A stretch of DNA of 61,361 nt, taken from the IMG/VR virus record IMGVR_UViG_3300032050_000027. One strand, 5' to 3'. A program made the translations under genes and the position numbers. The notes below the pieces were generated by a model. That model was not told the origin of the DNA, did not search any database, and was given only the letters and a program-made list of their open reading frames with translations. The stretch comes from an uncultured virus (IMG/VR IMGVR_UViG_3300032050_000027) (Duplodnaviria > Heunggongvirae > Uroviricota > Caudoviricetes). Shown here in pieces: positions 10,204-22,900 of the stretch (position 1 is the stretch's first letter; the number at the start of each line of letters is the position of its first letter).

Positions 10204-10207
10204 CTGA

Positions 10208-10230
10208 GCCGTTTTTTCTGGTAATAAATA
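10208..10230 (+). promoter_or_regulatory. T4-type late promoter with upstream GCCGTTTTT element
   Basis: GCCGTTTTT-tctggt-AATAAATA in the gap before the gp6-like gene. Confidence 0.65.
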
Positions 10231-10252
10231 CAAGATCTAAAGGCAAAGAGGC

Positions 10253-13200
10253 ATGGCAAAGACCACAAGACAAACAGCAATATTTGGTGTAGAAGACTGG
10301 AAACAGATCTATCAAACCTATCGTGAAGCTGATTTTCAAAGTTATGACTTTGAAACTCTACGCAAAAGTTTCATTGATTACATACGCCTCTACTACCCAG
10401 AAACTTTCAACGACTACATTGAAAGCTCAGAATTCATTGCGTTACTAGATGTAATTGCATTCATGGGTCAAGCCTTGGCCTTTCGCACGGACCTAAACAC
10501 CAGAGAAAACTATTTAGACACAGCAGAACGCAGAGATTCAGTTGTGCGCCTGGCTAATCTAGTCAGCTATACTGCCAAACGCAACACCGCGGCCCAGGGA
10601 TATCTCAAAGTATTCAATGTTACCACAACTGAAAATGTGATCGATTACAACGGAGTGAACTTGAGCAACGTTACTGTGGACTGGGCAGATCCAACAAACC
10701 CAGACTGGCAAGAACAATTTACCACTATCATTAATGCCGCGTTAGTAGACAGTCAACGCATTGGTCGTCCAGGCAATAGACAAACCATACTGGGTGTGCG
10801 CACAGATGAATATGCTGTCAATCTTGTGCCAGGATTCTTACCAGTCATTCCGTATAACGCCACAGTGGACGGGATTTCAATGCCGTTTGAAGCAATAACT
10901 TCAACCAGTGTTGGTCGTGATTACATCTACGAGCCGGCGCCGCAACCAAACACCAGTTTCAATGTGTTGTATCGCAATGACCAACTGGGTTATCAATCTG
11001 CCAATACCGGATACTTTTTTGCATTTAAACAAGGCACGTTACAAAATCAAGACTTCAACTTGGCCGAGCGCATTGCCAACCGCACAGTAAACATCAACAT
11101 TGAAGGCGTAAACAACGAAGATCGTTGGTTGTTTCAACTTGACAACGTGGGAAGCATCAGCCGTGAATGGCAATACACAGAAAACATCTACGTTGGTGCT
11201 GCTGAACAACTGACTGGCCTACGATCAATCTATTCCACAACCAGCAGAACAAACGATCAACTTACTATGATATTTGGGGATGGAGTGTTTTCAGAAATTC
11301 CAGTAGGAAATTTCCGTGCCTATGTGCGCAGTTCTAATGGACTGCAATACATTATCAATCCTGAAGAAATGCAAAACGTAGTTTTGCCTATCAGTTATAC
11401 TGACCGCAACGGCAATTTGCAAACTATCACCTTTACTTGTGGTATTACTCGTCCAGTAAGCAATGCCCAAGCACGCGAGCCAATTGATGAAATCAAACAA
11501 CGTGCGCCTGCTAGGTACTATACACAAAATCGCATGGTCAATGGTGAAGACTACAACTTGTTTCCTTACACACAGTACAATTCAATTATTAAATCTAAAG
11601 CATTGAATCGTGCGTCAATTGGAACCAGTCGATATCTTGACTTGGTTGATAATACCGGCAAGTATTCAAGTACCAACAGCTTTGGCAGCGACGGTGGATT
11701 GTGGCAACAAAATATTTTACCAACTATTTTGTTCAGTTGGACCAATCGCAATGAAATTGCTGATGTGATTACCAATCAGGTGCAACCACAGTTGACTGAA
11801 AGTACCATGCGGCAGTTTTACTATGGGAATTTTCCAAGAAAGTTAATCAACACTTTAGATATCACTTGCACGGCCACAACAATTACAACCAATGCAATTA
11901 CCTGCGCTACTGCTGCATTTTTTGATTATGCTTATGTTGGCATGCCAATCACATTCTCAGGCACAGTGTTTGGTGGCATTACTGCCGACTTGCCTTATTA
12001 TGTGGTCAGTATAAATTCAGTCAACAGTACATTCACTGTAAGCACCACAGCCGGTGGATCAGCAGTTACATTAAGCTCGGCTACAGGCTCAATGAGTGCA
12101 GTTACTACTTTGAGCACAGGCGGAAGCACCTGGAATCAAAGCACCACCTTGGCCAATGAAACCACTGGTTACTTTAAAAACAGTGCAGGCACACCCATTG
12201 CAGTAGGTGATGAATCTACAACCAATTTCTTGTACGCTATTGTTGGTAGCCTGGTACGTTTTGTGCCGCCACCGGGTTACTTTTTTGATAAAAACAACAA
12301 ACTGCAATTGGGCATTCCAACCAAAGCAGAAGAGCGTGTGGAAATTTGGGCCAGCCCCATACGAGTAACTGGCGATGGTATGAACTCAGGACTGGGTAAT
12401 CTAATCAATGGGTCAGGGCCAGTCATACTCAATAACTTTGTTCCTACTGGCGCTATTGTAGACACTATTATTCCGTTATTTGTTACAGACTTGCCATTGT
12501 CGATTGAATCTGCAATGAGTGATCAAATTGCATTGTTTCGTAATTTTGGCCTAGGATACGACAATGACGGATCCATTACAGGTACTCCGTACTCTTGGTA
12601 TTTGATTCAATCTACCAACCTGAATCAGGACGCTGCCTGGAGTCAAGAGTACGCTGGTAATACTAGTGGTGCCAACTTAGACTCTTCATGGCTGATCCAG
12701 TTTGTGGTTCAAAATCAAAATTACACAATTACATTCCGTGGACTTGCATACAACTTTGGATCAGTGTTGCAAACAAGATTCTTCTTCTACGACGGTGCGC
12801 AAATCTATGACAGCCGCACTGGCACAGTGATCAAAGATTTTATCAATGTGTTAGCAGTCAACACTCAACCAAACTCCAGTGAACCGCTTGAAGGAGACAT
12901 TTACATGACCATTACTGGTCAACCAGTTGAAAGCGACGGTTATGTGGATGACTTCCAGGTATTAGTAGGATACAGAGACTCAGACAATGATGGTGTGCCA
13001 GACAACCCAGACTTCTTTAGTGAAATAGTAGGACCAGCCGGAACCACAGGACCTTATGTGTTTTTACAACAAACTGTGGACTTTGACAACCTACAGCGTT
13101 ATTTGTTGGTTGAAGAAGGCGTGGTAATTTACAGCTACGCCACCCTTGATGATATTGAATTGGTAAAAACTGAATGGTCATCTGGGCAGGTATTCTATGC

Positions 13201-13933
13201 CTACAGCGAAGATGCATTCTATCAATTGAGCTTGACAGTAACAGGAGTGTTGGAACTCAATGCAGTCACAGGATGGATTGCAAGAACAGGACGACAAAGT
13301 TTGTACTATCAGTACAGACACAACAGTCCATTGACCAGTAGAATTGATCCAGGAACAACCAATATCATTGACTTGTATGTGGTCACTTTGAGTTATTATA
13401 ATGCCTACCAGAACTGGTTGAAAGATACCACCGGTACAGTCACTGAACCTGAACAACCAACCATTGACGATCTAAGTACAGAATATCAACGACTACAAGA
13501 TTACAAGATGGTGTCAGACAACATTGTGGTCAACTCAGTCAATTTTAAACCGCTGTTCGGACTCAAGGCCGCAGCAACATTGCGTGCCACTATCAAAGTG
13601 ATACGAGCACAAAATTCAACAGCATCAACATCTGAAATCAAAAGCTCAGTACTAGCAGAAATGAACAGTTATTTTTCAATTGACAAATGGAACTTTGGTG
13701 ACACATTTTATTTCTCAGAACTTGCTGCCTACCTGCATCGACAACTTGGCACAATCATCAGTTCTGTAGTACTAGTTCCGTTGGATCCACAAAAGAGCTT
13801 TGGTGATTTGTACGAAATTCGTTCTCAACCCAATGAGATTTTTGCCAATGCCGCAACCATTGATAACATTGATGTGATTGAAGCATTGACCAGTACTAAC
13901 CTGCGCACAGCAGCAGGCAGCGGAGTAATTTAA
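10253..13933 (+). CDS. Baseplate wedge subunit, gp6-like
   Basis: DFETLRKSFIDY...DYIESSEFIALLDVIAF...ENYLDTAERRDSVVRLA..VSY; FGDGVF..IP; IDEIKQRAP..YYTQNRMV.GEDY. Follows gp25. Confidence 0.85.
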   Translation: MAKTTRQTAIFGVEDWKQIYQTYREADFQSYDFETLRKSFIDYIRLYYPETFNDYIESSEFIALLDVIAFMGQALAFRTDLNTRENYLDTAERRDSVVRLANLVSYTAKRNTAAQGYLKVFNVTTTENVIDYNGVNLSNVTVDWADPTNPDWQEQFTTIINAALVDSQRIGRPGNRQTILGVRTDEYAVNLVPGFLPVIPYNATVDGISMPFEAITSTSVGRDYIYEPAPQPNTSFNVLYRNDQLGYQSANTGYFFAFKQGTLQNQDFNLAERIANRTVNINIEGVNNEDRWLFQLDNVGSISREWQYTENIYVGAAEQLTGLRSIYSTTSRTNDQLTMIFGDGVFSEIPVGNFRAYVRSSNGLQYIINPEEMQNVVLPISYTDRNGNLQTITFTCGITRPVSNAQAREPIDEIKQRAPARYYTQNRMVNGEDYNLFPYTQYNSIIKSKALNRASIGTSRYLDLVDNTGKYSSTNSFGSDGGLWQQNILPTILFSWTNRNEIADVITNQVQPQLTESTMRQFYYGNFPRKLINTLDITCTATTITTNAITCATAAFFDYAYVGMPITFSGTVFGGITADLPYYVVSINSVNSTFTVSTTAGGSAVTLSSATGSMSAVTTLSTGGSTWNQSTTLANETTGYFKNSAGTPIAVGDESTTNFLYAIVGSLVRFVPPPGYFFDKNNKLQLGIPTKAEERVEIWASPIRVTGDGMNSGLGNLINGSGPVILNNFVPTGAIVDTIIPLFVTDLPLSIESAMSDQIALFRNFGLGYDNDGSITGTPYSWYLIQSTNLNQDAAWSQEYAGNTSGANLDSSWLIQFVVQNQNYTITFRGLAYNFGSVLQTRFFFYDGAQIYDSRTGTVIKDFINVLAVNTQPNSSEPLEGDIYMTITGQPVESDGYVDDFQVLVGYRDSDNDGVPDNPDFFSEIVGPAGTTGPYVFLQQTVDFDNLQRYLLVEEGVVIYSYATLDDIELVKTEWSSGQVFYAYSEDAFYQLSLTVTGVLELNAVTGWIARTGRQSLYYQYRHNSPLTSRIDPGTTNIIDLYVVTLSYYNAYQNWLKDTTGTVTEPEQPTIDDLSTEYQRLQDYKMVSDNIVVNSVNFKPLFGLKAAATLRATIKVIRAQNSTASTSEIKSSVLAEMNSYFSIDKWNFGDTFYFSELAAYLHRQLGTIISSVVLVPLDPQKSFGDLYEIRSQPNEIFANAATIDNIDVIEALTSTNLRTAAGSGVI

Positions 13934-16900
13934 TGGCACGAGTACGCTCAGTAGACTTTCTTCCGCAAATTTTTCAAACTGACACTAACAAACAGTTTTT
14001 AGCGGCCACACTTGATCAACTGATTCAAGAACCTAAATTTAAAAAGACACAAGGCTTCATTGGCCGTACAGTCGGCCCGGGTGTAAATCCCAACGACAAG
14101 TATGTGGTAGAACCAACAAAAACACGCAGTGATTATCAACTAGAACCAGGAGTGGTCAGTTTAGATCCTGCTGATACCACAACAATTAAAAATACCATTA
14201 CCTATCCAGGTATGCTTGATGCATTGGAGTTCCAAGGATCACCAACGCAACGACCAGACAGATTGTTTTCAAGTGATTACTATACTTGGGATCCGTTTAT
14301 TAATTTTGATACATTTGTAAACTTCTCTCAGTATTTCTGGTTACCCAATGGACCCAACGCAGTTGACGTTGCGGCCACAGGAGTGCCGGTAACAGACGAC
14401 TTTGAAGTCACAAGAGCCAATGGCGTTTATACATTTTCTGGAATATCCGGCGAGAATCCAACTATTGAAGTGGTGCGTGGCGGCAGCTATACATTCCAGG
14501 TTGCACAAAACTCTACAGAAACTGTAAACTACCGTGTTGGAAATTCTGGTATTTCTGCATATACCATTGACTTCCTCAACAACCCCACACTAACGCTGGC
14601 TCGTGGAAACACCTATGTGTTTAATTTGAACTTGCAAGGCGATTTTCCGTTCTGGATCAAAACTGAACAGACACTAGGATCAGCTAATCCTTATAACGAT
14701 GGTGTCAGTCGCAATGGATCAAACTTTGGCCTTGTGACATTTACTGTGCCAAGAAATGCACCAAACACATTGTACTATGTGAGTGGCACACAAACTAACA
14801 TGCGCGGTACGCTGAACATTGTGGATGGAACACCTGGCACTGGTCCAGGATTTTGGATACAAACAGAGCCAGGTGTGTCTGGCAAAATTCCTACCACACC
14901 CAACATCAGTTCACGTGACGTGTTTGGTGTAACCAACAATGGTGAAGACCTTGGCACAGTGATTTTCAATGTGCCTACAAAAACAGCTCAGAGTTTTTAT
15001 TACAATTTGCCAGTGTTCAGTCAAAATGTTGATTTGCTCACAGAACTCAAATTTGAACAAATCAACAATCAACCTCTAGACACGTTCATTGAGACCTACG
15101 GCGGCATTGACGGAATAACCAGTCTCAACAACAGAACTTTAATTTTTACAAATTCAAACACTGATGCTGAAAGTGGTGGGTGGATTCGAACCAGTTTCTT
15201 TGACCCACTAGAAGCAGGGTCTGCCAATAACGGATTGATTGGCAGCTTTGACACTGAACCATTCTCTTACACAGCAGAAATTGCCCCAGAAGATAGATAT
15301 CAACTTTGGCAAATCAACTACGTAGTAAGTGATGGAATTACCTATCTTAGATTGTCTAGAATAGCTACTATTGACAATTTGAACAAATGGACCATTAGAT
15401 ATGGCACTGTGTACAGCAGTACCAACTGGTACAAAGATGCCGCAGGTACGTTTAGACAAATCCCTCTGCTGACAGCTTTGTTAAACACCTTGTACTATCA
15501 AGATGGCACAGATCCAGAAATTTTTGGTACAATTAAACTGTTGGATGAAACAGAAAGTTCTACTCTGTTCATTGATGACATTTTGGGACAAAAAAATTAC
15601 ACCAGCCCTAACGGTGTATCTTTTACCAACGGATTAAAAATAGTATTTCGGGGCGATGTTATTCCAGCAAGCTACAGTAGTGGAACAATATCTTTTGTTT
15701 GCACATCTACCAACGCTGGGTTCAACACAATTAGCACAGCAACCACAGAAGATTTGTATGTTGGTCAACGGGTAGTATTTACTGGCACAGTGATTGGAGG
15801 ATTAGTTGCTGGACAATCGTATTACGTTCAGAGTATTGTAAACTCGTTTCAATTTACGGTATCAAGTGTAGTTGACGGCAGTGCTGTGACTCTAACCACA
15901 GCCACAGCCGACATGAATGCCACCGCTATCAACTATCGTGAATATTATGTGGCTGGCGTAGGTACTGCTATTGAGTTGTTGCCTGTTACAAATTTTGTCA
16001 CTCCAGAATCTTATGTAATCAATGACAATGATTCTAGCTTGCCAGTGCCTGAAGAATTGGATTATTTCACAATTGATCGTGCAAGTCAAGACCTTAATTC
16101 TTGGACACGTTCAAACCGTTGGTTCCACATTGATGTGATCAATGCTACGGCTGCTTATAACAACACTGTGGCCACACTAGACAACAACTATCGTGGCAAA
16201 CGTCCAATTATTCAATTTCAACCAGACATTAGACTGTTTAACATGGGTACTCAGGGCAAACAACCTGTGGACATAATTGATCAGTTAGAGACAGATGCAT
16301 TCTCTAACATTCAAGGATCAACTGGATACTCAGTAGACGGATATACTTTTACAAATGGTACCAGAGTTATTTTTGCTGCTGACGAAGATCCAGATGTAAG
16401 AGACAAAATTTATGTAGTAGAATTTATTGTGCCTGACACAGTGCCGCCACTGATTGCACAACCTATTATCAATCTCACACTGGCGTCTGACGGCGAAGTA
16501 TTGACTGACCAGTCTACACTGTGCTTGTCAGGTGACACGTTGCAAGGATTAACTTTCTGGTATGACGGAGCTGCTTGGATTGAGGCGCAACAAAAAACTG
16601 GAGTTCAACAGGCACCGTTGTTTGACGTGTATGACGCTGATCGAGTTAGTTTTGGTAATCAAGCAAAATATCCCAGCTCAGACTTTATTGGTAGCAAACT
16701 ATTCAGTTATGCAATTGGCGACACAAGAATACTTGATACAGTTTTAAAAATTCCATTACAGTATCTCAGTATCTCCAATGTGGGAGATATTGTGTTTGAC
16801 AACAACCTCTACAAAGATACATTTGTATACACCAGAGATAACGTATCAGTAACTGTTGCTATTAGCTCTGGCAGTGCTAGAGAATATGCTGACAGAACAG

Positions 16901-19900
16901 CATACACAAGATTAATTGGGTGGCAGAATGCAATTACTACTACCCAAATGTATCAACAATTTAAGTTTACTTACAATACTGGAATATTAAAATTGGATGT
17001 GCCAGTTATTAACCAAACTGGTAATTCTGTACCAGTGGTCAAAGTTTATGTTGGTAGTGTATTCCAAGATCCTACCAAATACACTTACGTTGTAAGTGGC
17101 AACAATACTACCATTACATTACTCAACACTTATGTAGTGGGTGACATTATTGAAGTTTTGGTTTTAAGCGATCAAATTAGCGCCGCGGCCTTTTATCAAG
17201 TGCCATCTAACCTGCAGAACAACCCGCTTAATGCCAACAGCACCAGCTTTACACTAGGAACCATACGTCAAAACTACGAAAGTATTTGCGAAAATTTACC
17301 AGGCATCCAAGGTGCTATTGCTGGTGCTAACAACACTAGAGACCTTGGCAATATCATTCCTTATGGATTGACTATCCTACAACAAAGTGCTCCAATGACT
17401 TTGGCTGGATATTTCTTGCGCAGTGAAGAATACAACATCTTCAATGCATTGACCTACAACAGTAGAGAATACACTAAGTTTAAAAGTATCATGCTGGAAA
17501 ATGTGACTCAGCAAGAAATCAATTTTCAAACTACTGCTCAAATCTTAGACACTGCTATTGAAGAAATCAATGCTGGTAAAGTAGAAACACAACCATTCTA
17601 CTGGTCAGACATGCTGCCATCGGGTGCGGTGTATACTGAAAACACCTACACTGTGAGTTTTATTACGTCTAGTGTGTTTGATACTGTGCAGGTATACAAT
17701 TATACATCTGCAAATTATTTAGGGTTGAACGTATACCTCAATGATCGTTTGCTCACTCGTGATTTAGAATATTCTGTGGCCACAGACGGACCTCGTGTGA
17801 CTATTTTGGTCACACTGTCGGTGGGCGATCAAATTGCCATCAGAGAATATACAAGCACTTATGGCAACTTTGTTCCAAACACTCCTACCAAACTTGGTTT
17901 GTACCGTGCTTTTAGACCAAGAATTACAGTTCAACAAACCAGTACAGGCGAACAAACAGTACTGATCGGGCACGATGGATCAGTTACAAAAACATTTGAT
18001 GACATTAGAGATGATGTGTTGTTGGAATTTGAAACTAGAATTTTTAACAATTTAAAATTAGACGGCAATCCTGTTCCTATGGTGGCAGCTGATGTTATCC
18101 CAGGACAGTTTAGAGACACTGGATTTACCTACAGCGAAGTCAACAATATTTTGTCACAAGATTTTCTTAGCTGGGTGGCCTGGAACAAACTTGACTACAA
18201 CACACAAGACTATCAAGCCAACAATGAGTTTACATGGAACTATAGTGAAGCGCAAAACAAACTCAACAATGATTATTTGTTAGGAGCCTGGCGCGGTATC
18301 TATCGTTACTTTTACGACACTCAACAACCAGAATACACACCTTGGGAAATGCTGGGACTCAGCATCAAACCAGACTGGTGGGATGACACCTACGGGCCTG
18401 CACCTTACACTGAAGGTAACTTAGTGCTTTGGGACGACATGGAAGCTGGGTATGTCAGAGACCCAGTTGCACCTTATTATCTGCCAAAATATGCAAGACC
18501 AGGACTGACATCAGTTATTCCCACAGGCGGCGAAGGAGCATTGCTAAGTCCATTTGATTCGGTAGTAGGGACCTGGGATGAAGGACAATTCCGTAAGAGT
18601 TGGAGCATTGGCGACGGTGGCCCAGTTGAAGCTTCATGGTGGAATTCAAGTTCATATCCGTTTGCAGTCATGCGCCTGTTGGCCTTGACACAACCAGCTA
18701 AGTTTTTTGCATTGTTTGCTGATCGTGATTTGTATCGCTACCAAGAAGAATTTGGACAATATCTATATGATGACCGGTACAGACTAGATGCCAATGGTAT
18801 TGAAATATACGGCAATGGTGTGAGCAAAGCCAGTTACATTGACTGGATTGTGGACTACAACAGACAATCAGGAATAGATTCAACTGAAGATTTAACTGCT
18901 GACCTGGCCAATCTTGATGTGCGGTTGTGTTATCGCATGGCCAGCTTCTCAGACAAAAAATACATTAAACTTTACACTGAAAAAAGCAGCCCAGCCAGCA
19001 CCAATACCAGCTTTTTGATTCCTGACGAAAGTTACAATTTACTGCTGTACAAAAATCAACCATTTGACCGAGCCAGCTACAGTTCAGTATTGGTTCAAAC
19101 AGTGCCAGGCGGCTATGCAGTATTTGGCTACAGTACCACACAGCCTTATTTTAGCATACTGCAAAGTCAAAGCGGAGGGCAATTGCGCACCATAACTGTG
19201 CTGGACACTAGAATTCAAGTGCCAAAATCTTATACCAATACTGTGGTACAAGTTCCGTATGGATTTATATTTGATACCAAAACAGCAGTAGTTGACTTTT
19301 TGTTGAGTCTGGGCCAATATTTAGAAACTCAAGGTCTTACTTTCACAAACAGAGCCAATGGGTATGAGCTTGACTGGAATCAAATGGCCAATGAATTTTT
19401 GTATTGGGCAGCACAAGGCTGGAGCGATGATGCATTAATTGCATTAAACCCATTGGCATTCCGACTTAGTGTTACTAAGGAACAAGCAGTTGTTGACTCA
19501 ATTCAAGCACAAACCAGTGAAAACATTCTACTAGATCAAAATCGTAGAGAGTTGCCTACTCGACAATTGAACATTGTTCGCATTGACAACACATTCAGTG
19601 TTGAGCCTTTAGCTGATCAAACTCTAAGTTTTATCGACATCAAATATACATCTTACGAACACATGATTGTGTTGGACAATGCAAGTGTGTTTGGAGACTT
19701 GATATACGATCCAGTGACTGGTGCAAGACAAAATCGTTTGAACTTGGTATCCACTACTTCTACCGAATGGAATGGTGCTGTGGACGCACAAGGATTTATT
19801 CTCAATCAAGACAATGTAGAAGAATGGCAAAATTATAAAATTTACAGCAAAGGTACGATTGTCAAATACAAAGGCACCTATTGGAGCGCCATGGCAATTG

Positions 19901-22900
19901 TTCAGCCTAGCGAGACATTTGACTATAACGAGTGGGTACAAAGTGATTACTCTCAAATTGAATTGGGAATGTTGCCTAACCTTGCAAACAAAGCCAATCA
20001 GTTGGCCAACAGTTATGATATTAATGCTGCCAACTTAGAAAGTGATAATGATCTATTGAGCTATGGCCTTATTGGCTTTAGACCTCGGCAGTACATGGCA
20101 GCATTAAATTTAGATGATGTGAGTCAGGTAAACATCTATCGACAGTTCTTGGACTCCAAAGGTACTATCCTAAGTGCAGAATTGTTTAGTCAGGCAGTGT
20201 TAGGAAAAGAAACAGGCGACTATAACATTTATGAAAACTGGGCGGTACAACGTGCAGTATACGGAGCCAACGCCAATCGCAGTTATTTTGAACTGCGATT
20301 GAATCGTGCGCTGCTAGATGCCAGCCCAAGTTTGGTGCAGGTAATATTGCCTTTGGAATCCAGCAAAGCTGATCAAACTGTTTTGTTGGAAAATGTATGG
20401 AAAGAAAGTTTTAAACTTACTTCGCCTAACATTCTTCCAACAACAACTGAATTGCCAACAGATACTGCACTTCCATCAGCTGGATATGTAAATCTTGACG
20501 ATGCTGACATTACAGCATTTGACATTGATGATCCTGCTAGCCTCGAAGCCAACATTAATAATATCAACGTAGGTACAAGTATTTGGGTCGCCAAAGTCAA
20601 TGACTATGATTGGAACATTTACCGAGCTGAGTCAGTACCAGGTACAATCAGTCATGTATGTGATAATTTGAATAACACCAGCCGTGTGATTTTTACTGCT
20701 GACCACGGACTTGTTGCTGGCAATAGAATTATTATCAGATTTTTTGATACAGAAGTTGATGGTGTATATGATGTGTTGTCTGTTGTTAATTTGAACACAA
20801 TAAACATTGCTTTTAGATTTTTAAGCAATCGAACAGTAGTTAACGGTACTGGCCTAGCGTTTACTTTAAAAACCATGAGAGTAAGTCAAGCCAGCAATGT
20901 AGACACTCTTCCATATGCCAACAGTTTGCTGTTTGGTGCAAAAGTTTGGGTTGACGACAATGGAGATGGTTTGTGGCAAGTGATTGAAAAACAAAACATT
21001 TTCAGCGAAGTTACTTCAATTGCACCAGAGTATCTAGATGCCACAGAGGCATATGGATCAAGCGTATCTCAGGCCACTAATAGATTTGCTGCTTTAGTCG
21101 GCAGCCCAAGATATGGATTTCCAACGTCTGCAAATCCAAAAGGCGGCGTTTACACTTATGTAAGAAGCACAAGCGATGTTTACCAGCCAGCTAGTCCTGT
21201 ATCAAGCGGCGATGCGCTATTGACTTTGGATATAACTGGAGCAAGAGCGTATGGTACTTCAGTAAAATTTGGCAACAAAGACTGGGCAGTTGCAGGAGCA
21301 CCATTGAGCTTGGGATCAGCCAGTCAAACCAATAACGGCTATGCCTGTGTAATCTATCGTGACACTGGATCTTATTTGCCAGACACCAACCCATATTTTA
21401 ATTGGCAACTGTTGACCACTCCTGGTAGTGTGAGTGCAGACCAAGGAAGATTTGGCTATTCTGTAGCAATGAGTCTTGACGAACGTTGGATGTACGTTGG
21501 TGCACCTGATGTAAACAAAGTGTATGCTTATGGCCGGGTTGACTGGGAAGATCAGTACTTTAGAACTGTAGGCAACGGATCTACAAAAGTATACTTGATC
21601 AATGATTACATCACTATAAGTGCAGCCACACAATTGCGTGTCACAGTTGATGGTGAGATTCAAACGTTGAACACAGATTACACAGTAAATGCTGCGTTGA
21701 ACACAGTGACATTTGTGTCTGCACCTGTAAGTGGATCTGATATTATCATTCGTCGTATTGCATTGCAAGATCTTGATGGCGCTGATTATTTCAGTGTAAC
21801 AGCCACTGGTGGATCGGGATCAGGAGCCTTGTTCACAGTTAGCAGACGTCGCGGAACTGTCACAGTTGGCGTTCAAGATGGCGGTACAGGTTATACTGTG
21901 GGCAATACATTGACTATTCCTGCTACCAGTTTTGGCGGCGGCACAGTGCCAGCCAATGATATTACATTTACGGTGGGCAGTGTAATAAGTGGTGAAATTA
22001 TCACTATTAGCACACCATCGTACACACCGCCAGCATTGGCAACTGTATTCTCATTAAATGAATATTTCTATCAAGTTGCACTGACAGACAGCACAATATA
22101 CAGTTTTCAAATTGAAGTTGATGGAGTGCTTCAACGACCAAACATTGACTACACATTTAACACTTCAACCAAAGATGTTACCTTCTTGAATTCACCAGCC
22201 AGTGGCACCAGTATTTTGGCTCGAGCCAAAGACTATTGGTTGTATGTTGACACACTCACTGCTGGCGGTCTAGCTGCTGGCGCTCAATTTGGCTACAGCG
22301 TGAGTTGTAGTACTGATGGTCGTCAAGTCATGATTGGTGCGCCGTATGCCACTGCTGATGGAGAAACTGAAGCAGGTGTGGTATATGTGTTTGATCGCAA
22401 TGTGCAAAAGTTTATCTGGAACAATGATCCAAGCTCGTCAAGTTTCACGGTGCTAGGTACACCAGTTGCGCCGGTGAGTGTGATTGTAAACAATCAGTTC
22501 TTGACCAATCAAAACTCCACCACACAAGATGCAAGCAATACCTTTACGGTCAATGGATCTACTGTGACTGTGAATCTTGCAAGCAATTTACAATCAGGTG
22601 ATATTGTTGAAATTGAAACCAATCAGTTTGAACTGTTGCAAATCGTAACACAAGACGCTGTAGCTGAATTTAGCAACTTTGGGCAGAGTGTTGATCTCTG
22701 CAAATACAATTGCAGTCTATACGTTGGCGAACCGCAAAGCAGCATCCAGATTTACAAAGGTGGTGTGGTTGAACGAAGTCTAAATCAAAGCAGAGTGTAT
22801 GGTGTAATTACTGCGCTGAATGCCAGTCCTGCCCTCACAGCTGGCAATACTTTGCGGGTGAACAATATGGATGTGGCGGTACCAACAGCACCCAACAACA

